Source: Paramecium tetraurelia (lineage: Eukaryota). Taken from it: a stretch of DNA of 64,000 nucleotides. How positions within the stretch are numbered: position 1 is the first letter of the stretch; the number at the start of each line of letters is the position of its first letter. The position numbers were made by a program, and so were the translations under genes. The notes beneath the pieces were generated by a model. It did no database searches. It saw only the letters and a program-made list of their open reading frames with translations, and was not told where the DNA came from. This document shows positions 53,371 to 64,000 of this stretch, piece by piece. The stretch spans positions 1 to 64,000 of the forward strand of contig CT868012.1 of assembly GCA_000165425.1 (NCBI GenBank). Direction: 5' to 3'.

Positions 53371-54808
53371 ATGAATAATTGTTCAAGCAAAAAGAATGTA
53401 ATATTTAAACCAACATTGCCAAGATTGAAAATCATTCATTAACAACGATAAATATTGAGTTCTCCTCAGAAAACTAAATTTAATGATGAAAAGAAATTAG
53501 AACAAATAGTTGAAAAGCGAAACTTTTAAAAGCAATTGGTCGATCTAGTCATACCAATACATGATGATGCACAATCCAGTATCATAAATTCGGAGCTCTC
53601 CAAAAACGATTTGCTAAAACATTATAAGCAACTCCCATCCAAACCGACATTGTTGTTCGAAAAGGCAATGAAGGGATTGCATCCTCTGTAATAATAGGAG
53701 TATAGAAATAAAGAACTCAAAAAGTTGGATAAGAAAGTATAACAATTAAACGAAAGAAACCCATTATCAGAATCATGGAAATCTCCATTCCTCTCACAAC
53801 CCAGATTGTATAAATCGTCTGAAGAGGTCGACTTGAGTGCATCTCAAGAGATCGACCCCAATGTGTAAAATGTGGTGGTATTAAATGAAAATTTAAGAGG
53901 ATTTGGGTCTCGATTGAGATCATACTTGGATTATGACAAAAACACCGTATTCGAGCGACAGAAAGGGAATCCCAAGTATTTGTATCGAGACAACATGATA
54001 AGGATGATAAAGAACAACTCCACAAAGGAGTTGGATTTGGTTAAGGAATGGAACATATTGATAAATAATGACAAATTGGTATCGCATGCTTAACTTCAGA
54101 AACCAGAAATACGGATGTAACAGTTCGGAACCATCTCCTCAATAAGTCATTATTACAGCATACAGGATTTCCACAAAAAGAAGATGGGTTAGAGTTAGAC
54201 TCAATAGACTCCCAATTCTCAGATATCTCCCCAATTTGTGGTCAAGAATTCAAGACAAAGCAATTCATCGGAGCCAATAGATTTTGGAAAATCGAATCAA
54301 GTGTTATTGGATGTTTCGGAGGTTGAGAAGGGACAAGACGACGTGGCTATTCACAAGGATACATTTTTGACGTATTGTTAAGTTTTTTGGGATTTGATAC
54401 GCAAAGAGGACGAAATCGTGGAGAGAGTGGTTTGGGCATTCTGTAAGGGAGACCTCTTTACATTCAGTGGATTCAAACATTTCTATAAATTGATAGTGTT
54501 TCAGGAGGGGACATTCGAGGACTACATCAAGTTCACTTACGACTTCTTTTTGGCTCAAGATCGCAGTGAAATACCATTTACAGAGATTTAAGGATTGCTC
54601 AGATTGTTGGCATCAAGAATAGATGGGAAGGATCACGTATTAAGCGATTAAATACTTATGGACATAGTGAGTCAAATTCATAGGTAAAATGATCGAGAGT
54701 AATTATGATAGACCTCAAGTGATATCTAAGGAAACATTGTAGCAATTGATTTTTGAAGACAAGATCCCTCCGACTGTGGTGGTGAAGATGGTCTATGAGT
54801 AGTCCTGA
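53371..54808 (+). CDS. Hypothetical protein with degenerate EF-hand-like C-terminus
   Basis: Long ORF under the ciliate code; EDYIKFTYDFFLAQDRSEIPFTEIQGLL; one late intron. Confidence 0.75.
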
Positions 54809-54851
54809 ACAAATTGTGAATTATTAATATTTTTTATTAACGGCTACTTGA

Positions 54852-55336
54852 ATGTACGATCAATCGCAAAGGCAAGAGCTGATTGAGTTCAGGAATTATG
54901 TTAGATAAGTGACTTAGGCAAAAATTAATAACACTTAAGAAAAATCTCCAAGTGGGAAGAATTCGACAAAATAATTGTCGTTTATTTTGAAGAGCACTCA
55001 ACTAAGACAGAGCGTCTAAGAACCTATTAAGAGTTATCAAAATATGAAAACCAGTTTTGATCAATCTTATATCTAAAGATCCACATCTCAACCATATGTT
55101 CAATTTGATGCCAATTGTTGGAAGGAAAATCAGAACTCTTTTATGAAGATTAAAAACGAAGGTTATGTGAGTGTTTCTGATTTGATTAAAATCAGTAATG
55201 GTCTAGGTTAAATGTCCAAAAAGGATATACGAGATTTGAGTTCCAAGTATATGAATCTAATTATTCATTTAGTTATTTGCATTCCTTACACGAATTGGAC
55301 TAGACACTCAGTACATTACTTAAAAGAATAGATTGA
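54852..55336 (+). CDS. Hypothetical protein
   Basis: MYDQSQRQE...LLKRID* with one 26-nt intron. Confidence 0.7.
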
Positions 55337-56027
55337 ATAATAGATTTAATATATAATTATGTATTAATAATTTTAATTATGCAATTAGAGCAAATGGGAT
55401 ACAATTATTTAGAATTTAAATTGGTATCATAAAATTTTGGATATTTTTGTGTATTATATATTTGTTGAGAAAAATAATATTTTAGAGGATGAATTAGAGC
55501 TATCTTTAATCACTGGTTACAGAACTGTTTTGATTATTATTAATTATAAAATATGTACAATGAGAAATCAGAAGGCTGATAATAAATAGGGTATTTAGAG
55601 TGTATAGAGGATTATATTTAATTTTTGATCATGAATAGAATTGTCTGAGATGTGGCAAATCTGATTATCTCTATAATTTGCACTCTAATTGATATAGACC
55701 ATTTAAATGTAATAAATAATTCTAATAGAGAATTGGGATAATAAAATGGGGAAAAATCAAATAAGTAAGAGCACATCATGATCAAAATTGTTCTTTTAAA
55801 ATTGAAATATTTAGTTATATTTTATAAAGTTTTTGCTTGATTTGAGGGGTAAATATATTGTATAAAGTCAAGGCTACTACTAATTGAATAATAAGAAAGG
55901 GATGGAGAAATAATAAATTAAGGAGACTTAGAAATTCTCAGTGGATTGGCTGGAGCCTTTCTAACTGAGATTATGAAGTAAATATTATTCCAATGATTGA
56001 TATTCATTATATCATTTATTTTATCCA

Positions 56028-56743
56028 TCACAAATTGGGATTTTATTATGAAGCCAATTAGATAACATCTGGCATAAACTTGTAGTGGTCCCTTCTTCAC
56101 AGTTCCAAAGAGGGCCTAATATTTCTCAGTTGCTAGTGGGTCCAGAGTGCCTCTTTCGATTTGGCTCTTAGCTTTTCTGTATTGGATTGCCCAGTTGAGA
56201 AATTCGACTGCCCTTGATTTATTTTAGTATGATGTTGCATAGTCATAGAAGACCTAGATGTTAAGCGATTACTTACTCTAGCACAATATGGGAGAACCAA
56301 GAATCCGAATCGCCATGAGTATCCAAAATTAAACAATTGAGCGTAGACTTGTAGCCCAGCTGTAATGGATATGTCTTGGAGATTCCACCAAAGGCCATTG
56401 AGTGCTGAAGGTCTTATTCAAGACGGTGCTGATGCTTGGGTCGACAGTCTTATATAAATTGACCTCTGATTATTCAATCTGAAATGTGAATAATAATACA
56501 TCATACCTTTCCTAATTGCTATTTCAATTGGTATAGCTCTAATTTCTAACTGTAATGCTGAGTCAAAGCAGGGTAGAATGCCTTTCCAAATATCCAGAAC
56601 CCCCTAATGCTTCTCTGTAATGCATAGGTATTTTTGTCAATCTCTGTTTAATACATCTCGTAATTCTCTCTGAAACTGTTGTCCCATTGTTACAGAGTTG
56701 GACTATTTAATGCCACTGGTGATTTGGACAGCAACTTTACCAT
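56028..56743 (-). CDS. Small membrane protein with two apparent single-base insertions (sequence error or young pseudogene)
   Basis: MVKLLSKSP...; removing one base near 56388 and one near 56071 gives a coherent protein that uses a canonical 23-nt intron and ends QQNPNL*. Confidence 0.6.
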
Positions 56744-56776
56744 ATCTAATAATTTAATTTAATTATATTTATTCGC

Positions 56777-57121
56777 ATGTAATAATATCCAATCAGATCC
56801 TATTCTAAGTATTAAAACCAGCTTCAAGAACACACCACGCGATACACTCCAAACAAGTACACAGATTGGCACAAGAAGTACGAGCCAAAACATAAGTTCG
56901 ATTGCCAACCTGACCTCCAATTCCAAGCTCAATCAATAGCTAACCAGAGGGATTTTCAAATTACACAAAGAAGATACTCTTAATTCACTCAACCGCAAGC
57001 ACCTCTCAATTAATATCATTCGGAGCGCTCTAACAAAGAGAATAAACCAAATATCCAATAGAATTTTGATGTGGAAACCTATGTTCGCAGACTCCAAATT
57101 AAACTCAACCAGAGACACTGA
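56777..57121 (+). CDS. Small hypothetical protein (114 aa)
   Basis: Intronless ORF from MQQYPIRSY to LNQRH*. Confidence 0.7.
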
Positions 57122-57355
57122 TTTCAATCAATATGTATTTCATATAGTTAAGTTGAATATCAATTATACTGTTACCCAGTATTTTGTCTTCAGCTCCATA
57201 TCAATTAAATTTACTGTTACTAAATCAAATGGCCACAGAATTCACAAATTCAAATATTTTAATTCAAACTGAAATTCTTTTAATAACAATCTAATCAATT
57301 CTTATATTATTTTTATTGATCACTATTTAATATCAATATAATCATTAGTATTTAT

Positions 57356-58518
57356 ATGAATTTTATCGAACGATTCTAGTTGATCAAATGCTTAAAGCAC
57401 CCTGAAAAGCCAATCAGCAACTTGTGTCTGAATGAACAATGCAAAGAATTACACTACTTTTGTTCGACCTGTGTCAAGCTCCATGTGGAACACTCCAAAG
57501 ACATCATTTACATGAAATAAATTGGATCTTCTACTCAAACGCTCTTCCAATGTCAATGAATTCTCTCAAGACAAGTTGGGATTGGAAACATTCAACATCT
57601 ATCGTGAATTCAAGAAAACAATCCTTAATTAATTGAATCTCTTGGAAGAAGAATTAAGGATCATTATAAGCAATTTAGTCAACGATGAATAAATGAATCA
57701 ATACGCCTACAAATTCTTAAAGAGCATCAATGACTTCGGCAAAGAAGACCTTGAAGATTTAAGAGAATATCTTTTAAAGGAAAAGAAAGACATTTAAAAA
57801 AACTAAGTAACATTAAAAGAGAGTTAAAACAAACAAAAACTCATTGAACTCAAAGACTATCTCAATGAAAGGATTCCACATCTATAAAAGGAAGTGCTTA
57901 ATCAATTAGATTGTGTCAATAGGATATTTTATACCCAAAGTGAAAGAATCGATAGATTGAAGAAAGTCTGGATTAGTATTTTTATCATCATATCTTTCAG
58001 CTGAAGAGGGTTTGAGCCAACCAAGTGTCTTCAATAAGAACACAATCAGAGTCAATTAATTCCAAATCAGAGACAAACCTTTGTATTTAATTGGAATCTA
58101 CTAGCCTATGTTATACAAGGGTAGTTACAATTCAACAAATTATGATTCACAAAGCAAATCTTCATTTTAAATAACCTACAAGTTACATTTAGGACATGAT
58201 CTAACCAAATATATACTCAAAGAAAAAATAATATTGGAACATGAAAAATTGAAAATTGTGGATGGGCACTTATATTATTTGGAATTCAAGAGGCCCATTA
58301 AAATGTTGCCTCATCAGACTTACAGTTTTTCAATAACAACAAAAGAATAAAAACCATTTTACACTTATCAATATTCCCTTAATCATGTTGATCATCCACT
58401 CATCAAGTGGCAATCAGAGAATCTATCAGAATCTGATTAGTTTATCAAATAGAAATATGATCATCTTTATTCTTATCCAGATATTGATTAATTGCCAGCA
58501 TTATAGGTGAAGTTGTGA
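57356..58518 (+). CDS. B-box-like zinc finger, coiled coil and PHR-like C-terminal domain protein
   Basis: CLKHPEK...LCLNEQC...FCSTCVKLHVEH; C-terminal LEFKRPIKMLPHQTY...QLPALQVKL*. Confidence 0.72.
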
Positions 58519-58546
58519 CATTATTAAAATACATACATTTTATCAA

Positions 58547-59362
58547 TCATTTCCAAAACAATACTTTTTTTTTTGCAATAAAAAATCCAACCACTACTAA
58601 AGCTAAACCAGCGAAAACGTAAAATCTTAAGTAAGATTTTTACTCCTCGTTGTTATTTTGTTTCTTGGTCCTTCCACCCACCTTCGTTTCTGGTAATTTG
58701 GTGCCAGAACTCCAAATTCTATGGGAAGGAGTGCCATCCCAACACAAGGGCATTGTGGATAGATTCAAATACTTATTCTCCATCCATTCCTCTCTATCCG
58801 AATAGGAATTCACTTTGTATCCTAATGAAGTGCAGAATTGATCCCCATTATTCACAATATTTCTTAATTCAGAACATAACACGTCATTCTAGAATTATAA
58901 ATGTTCTTACTTAATAGCAAAGTCTCAATTTCTGAGTTTTTTCATCATACTAGAATAAGTCTCTCCAACAAGCCTAATACATCTGGGTGCAATAATGAGG
59001 GCAGAACCCAACTCTTATTTGTTATCCAATATCGCCATCACAATCTGAACAAATGGTCTTAGTAAATATTTCCTAACACTACTGACTGAGTTCTACTGCT
59101 AATTGCTATTCTCTGTACCATCTACGACATACTATAATCAAGTGTACTTAAATTTCAACTCCTCCAGATTTTGTTAGCTGCAACATGTTCTCTTTGCATA
59201 TGAATCGCAAAAGTACATTCCAGTCAACTAATGAAGTTTCTATTGTCCATAAGCTATTCTATTTTTCAGACTGCATTCCTAGTCTACCAACTAATTCATC
59301 ACCTCCTGCACATATCCGAATTACGCATATCCCACACTTACCAAAATTATATATATTATCAT
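58547..59362 (-). CDS. Folate-receptor-family Cys-rich type I membrane protein
   Basis: Signal peptide; FCDSYAKRTCC, CQEIF..TICSDCDG, FCPHYCTQMYQAC, LCSEL..FC; C-terminal transmembrane helix followed by KKK. Confidence 0.75.
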
Positions 59363-59566
59363 ATTTTAATTTATATTGACTTATTACACTATTCCAAACA
59401 TCTTAACTCGCCTACTACCTAACTCATTTTTTAAATATTATTTAAATTATGAACTGCTTAATTATTTATCAATTCAATACATTCCTTCACTAAAATAATT
59501 AGTTTGATTTATTTTGTATTATTTGAAACAATTCTATTCGATAAATTAATAATTAATTAATTTTAC

Positions 59567-60339
59567 ATGGAACTACTTCGATTAAGTTCTAATCATGTTG
59601 AATTCAACTACAACAAGTACGATAACATGCAATCAAACATCACCCTCTACAATGATACTCTCACCCCTATTGCTTTCAAAGTACTATTGTGATGACATTG
59701 TTAGTTCAAAGCCTCCAATCGAAATATCTTTCTAGTAAGACCAGCCATTGGAATAGTCTAACCTAAACAAAACCAAGTAGTGCATGTCACTCTCCACTGC
59801 AAAGTCCTTGAAAATGCTATGACTAATGAATTCAATGAGAAATTGCAATTGAACTCTATTCCAATTTTCTCAGGAATCCAAGACCCAGTAGCCATTTTCA
59901 AAGATCCCAGCAGACCATCTGATAACCAAAAAATCAGCATAGCCATCTAAACTATGGACAAAAAGATCACATCATAGGGTTGTGGGGGTCCTGAACAAGT
60001 GTTTTAGTCACTTCATAAATAGAATAGTCAATTGGATTTTCACAACGACACCACAGAACCAAAATTTGATTAAACCAGATTTCAAGCCAGCAACAACCCA
60101 CCTAATTTTGAACTGTTGTAGTAAGAGTTGGCAAAAAATGAATAGCAACTTGTAATCATTTATTTTAAATTCCATTTTAGTTGAACTTGCAAAAAACTCA
60201 CAGCAATTCAATCTTGAAACCAAAGAACGAACCCAATAAAAACTCTAAAGATACTATCCTTATGATAATCGTAAGCATCATGTCGTTCTACTTAATTTTG
60301 CGATATTTTGATTTAACAAATAGAATTATTCCAAAATGA
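59567..60339 (+). CDS. MSP-domain tail-anchored protein (VAP/Scs2-like)
   Basis: ITLYN...IAFK|FKASNRNIFLVRPAIGIVQP; coiled coil; C-terminal transmembrane helix. Confidence 0.85.
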
Positions 60340-60951
60340 TAACAAATAAATAAATATCAATATAGAAATTCTTATTATTAATATATAAAACTATTCAATT
60401 TCTTTTTCCTTCTTAAGAAGCAATATATCTATATCATTCAGTCTATTATAATGGAATATTTTTATGGTATAATATTATTGTTTAGGATCACACAGAATTG
60501 TTGGAAATAGTACTACTTTGAAATCTCTTAAAACATAAAATGTGGTTCCTCTCAATATTTGAATCTCTTATGAAATTAAAACATAGAATTTTTTCTCTTA
60601 TTTAAATGAATTTAACCATTTACAATATGATTTATAGAATTAATATATAGGTAACAAACACTTAGGCTTAGGAAGAACTATTAAAAGGAAATATATAAAT
60701 TAAAACTCTGAATTTATTCAAAATTTAGTTTAGTTATTAATAAATAATTACAAATCAAACTAAGATAAATGAATGCAATTTCACAAATAATTTAGATTGT
60801 ATCAGTTTCAACTTAATATGATATTGACTGTATTTAACGTTTGAAATGACAATAGAGAATGTATGAAAAGTACTAGAATAATGAATTATTGATTATATAT
60901 ATTTAATATTTCATTTAACAAAACAACAGATAAGTCTAAATATCTACAATT

Positions 60952-62506
60952 ATGAGTCAAAAATTACTATTTACTCTATTTATAGCACTATTGTTGCTAC
61001 AGGTTGTAGATTGCAAGAAATCAGGAGGAACGAAAAGCGGAACCAAAGGATGTACGTATTTATTTATTTAAATTAAGCATCATCATCCTCTTCAAAACCT
61101 TATTCATCATCCTCGACTTCGAGTGGATCGTCAAAAAATGATGCTGGAGAATCACAAATAAATCCATTAGTTGAATTTATAGCTGGGATTATATTATTCA
61201 TTATGGCATTTCCTATCTTATGGCTCAACGAATACAAGTATAATATTTGATAAAAATAAAGAGCTGCTGAAAATGAAGTAAATTTAGAAAGGGCAGAAAA
61301 GGAATGCGTATCAACCAATTGTCTTGAAGTCAATCCTAATTTAGAGAAAAGGTTAATCCACATAAATGGCTAGACAAGAACTGATAACATTCTTAAGGAT
61401 GAGGAGTTTGGGATTGAAGTGGATAATTGTTTGGTTCTGAAACGTAAAGTTGAAACTTATCAATGGATCAGAAAAGAAGAGACTGATGGAGTTGGCAATA
61501 ATAAAAAAATCAAAGTATTCTTTGTCCCTGAATGGTCTGCAATTAAACAAGGAAGTTATGAAAACTTTGAAAATAATGAATCGGATTGGACTGTCAAGAA
61601 GAAATCTAAATACGCTAAAGATGTGTATTTAGGAGCTTATCTTCTTACTAAATTCTAATTAAAATAAGCTAAGAATTTTTAAGAAATCCAACCATCACAA
61701 GAATGGGTCACTGCATGTGCAAAAGCATTCCCTAAAAAGACTTAAGAACACACGTAAGACTATAATCAATTATCAAACTAGTAAAATAAAAGATGAGTAC
61801 ATTTATTTTAACAAAGTATATGGCAACCTCACAGTAGGAGATCAAAGAATCAAATTTTAGAAAGTAAAGTGTGGAGATGCCACAATTGTATCTCAATAAA
61901 AGGGTAACACTTTCGAACCATATTCATTACATGTTAATGAAAGCAAATTGCTTAATGATTACGATGATAAAGGGAGCGATCATTCTATCTATGTTGGATA
62001 AGATTTATCGTAGATTTTAGAGGAGAAAGATGATGAAAATGCACTAAAACGTTAACTTAAGCATTTATTAGAACCGATTAAATACATTGATTGGCTATTG
62101 GAAAAAATGCTAACAATCCATTAAGTATTTGATCATAAGCTTAATGAATCCCGTAAATTGACCATGGCTGTCAGGTTTTTAGGTTTTCTACTAATGGTAT
62201 GAATAATTCAATTATATTTAGTTCTTTGGGTTAATGTTATTCTTTTCGCCTGTTGTCTATGTAATTTCATGGTTCCCTTTTTTGGGTCGATTCATGGCTG
62301 AATTGTCTACCTTATTGTTTGCTCTTGCTAGTTTCTTAATATCCTTACCTTTGACTTTAATAACAATTGCCTTGGCTTGGCTCAGGTTTCATCCAAAACG
62401 AGCCCTCCTGATATTTGTAATAGGGTTCCTAATTGGTTTTTGTGTGTGGGTTGTCATTTCCAAAAAAGGTAACCATTAATATTAAGAAGAATATGATAAT
62501 TATTGA
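60952..62506 (+). CDS. TMEM43/LUMA (DUF1625)-like membrane protein
   Basis: Signal peptide, GIILFIMAFPILWLNE, D.EFG...LKRKVETYQW, VGDQRIKF, and C-terminal transmembrane helices with IALAWLRFHP. Confidence 0.85.
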
Positions 62507-62821
62507 ATTATTTTTATCACTTTATAATCATATATATATAATTCTGTAAATATCATAAAAAATAATTTATAATCAAGAAATTATGTTAATAATTTAATTT
62601 AATTTTTTGCCTCTATCTGGCTCTATTAATGTTATTTGCCAATTAGAATAATATTCCATCGTGAATGTTACTATTTAAATTACATCTAAATTCTCTCAGC
62701 TTAATTGTATTAGAATTATGTGTTTCCACTTTATAATTAGATACCTCTCTTTGATCCACTCTATATAAATAAATTCTATTATATATGAGATTAAATATTT
62801 GTATAATAATTCATAATAGTG

Positions 62822-63148
62822 TCAGTATCCTTTAGACTTCACGCTTATAAGGCCCTCTAAGTAAAGTATGTCTTATTCAACCCCTTCTTCCTGTAAGTCT
62901 TCGGTGTTAAGGAAGGCTTTCTAAAAACTAAGAGCTCTGTAATAGAAATAAAAGAGTTCCCTCAGTAATTCAGATTGAAACTCATGTTTGAGGGAGGCAA
63001 CTAAGGTTTTCGTGTCTTTTGTTTGAATAGCCTTCACATGTGTTATTACTTCTTGAACCTATTCTAAAGTATATATGCGCTTGACAAAGTAGTAGGCTGC
63101 ATAAAGCATTTGAACTAATCCTGGTGTTTATAAGATGAACTCTTGCAT
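62822..63148 (-). CDS. Small hypothetical protein
   Basis: ORF MQEFILQTPG...; 3' end uncertain. Confidence 0.55.
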
Positions 63149-63891
63149 TATTATATTTAAATTAATAAAATAAAGATGAAATGATTTAGAGATGTAAATA
63201 TCTAATTTTTACATTTTTTATAAATGTATTAATACTATATTCTAACTTTCTAAATCAAAATAAATTCATTGTATTTATTCTCCATTTACAAAAATTAGGA
63301 AAGAACGATCAGTATATTTTAATATTTTATTTTTAAATATCAAACATTAACATTAAATTCCAAATAGAAACTCAAATTTGACTCAAGCAACTTCTATCCT
63401 TATGATATCAAATAGAATAATTATTTAATTCATTAAACTATTAAATAGCTTTACTAAACAGAAATTTTCGAGAGGAAATATACTGGATTTAATAATCACT
63501 TCACATATTATATTATATAATAAAATTTGATACTACAACTAATTGTTAGTGTAAATGGCTTAAAGTTAAAGTCAAATAGTAATAGCTTTTTGGATTGATA
63601 TGGTAGCAAGGACTAGGATATAGTAATTTTCATATCTAATATATTTGAAATGTTATTAAAATATTGTGATATAATAATTTGTCTTCTTGGTTTTATGAAT
63701 TTTCAAAGTCATTTTCGAGGTTTTTAAAAATCAGTTTAAAATATTAAACAATTATATTTACAGAAATAAATATATATAGCAATTAAGATACAATTAAAAC
63801 AATTATACTTTTAAAATATTGTGTAAAAATAATTAACTCGAAAGTTTTATGATTATTATTTAATTCCAAAATTTACAGAATTTAAACAGAA

Positions 63892-64000
63892 ATGATTTCA
63901 ATTTTGTTACTGTCAACATTTATTGTCTTTGGAAGAGCATTTGGTGATGTCAGATGCAATCATCAAACATAATTTCCACTACAGAAGGAAGGATTCTCAG
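63892..64000 (+). CDS. 5' end of a putative secreted protein (truncated by the window edge)
   Basis: MISILLLSTFIVFGRAFGDVRC..., signal-peptide-like. Confidence 0.55.

Noticed and set aside
13860..56390. Programmed +1 ribosomal frameshifting (Euplotes-type) as the cause of the recurrent frame breaks
   Set aside because: The sites share no AAA-stop motif, TAA/TAG are sense codons here, and indel error or decay is simpler.
33510..61632. Many short ORF-track entries, e.g. 33510-33710+, 34699-34995+, 46275-46765+, 53717-54025-, 59758-60223-, 61100-61550-
   Set aside because: They are antisense or off-frame shadows of real genes, produced by the standard code and by ignoring introns.

Overview
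Ciliate DNA, almost certainly Paramecium macronuclear sequence. It is very AT-rich, genes read through TAA/TAG (Gln) and stop only at TGA, introns are tiny (about 20-32 nt, GT..AG), and intergenic spacers are very short. The supplied ORF track uses the wrong genetic code and ignores introns, so all genes were re-read by hand. The left ~26 kb is accessory-like. It holds a telomere-like hexamer repeat that may be coding, a disrupted DHHC palmitoyltransferase, a TPR gene built from 23 exact 102-nt one-repeat exons, a ~8.2 kb HUWE1/Tom1-like HECT ligase with apparent frameshifts, a ubiquitin-like protein ending RWIGG-SQQ, a secreted protein and several decayed coding remnants. The right ~38 kb is densely packed with mostly intact genes: Aurora-like kinase, CUE protein, HSL-type lipase, SpoU methyltransferase, two mitochondrial ACPs, bacterial-type homospermidine synthase, NUDIX hydrolase, coiled-coil, CFAP97-like, RCC1, DnaJ, zinc-finger, folate-receptor-like, VAP and TMEM43-like genes. 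There are two 150-N gaps. Product calls come from recognised motifs, not database searches, and some gene ends are approximate.
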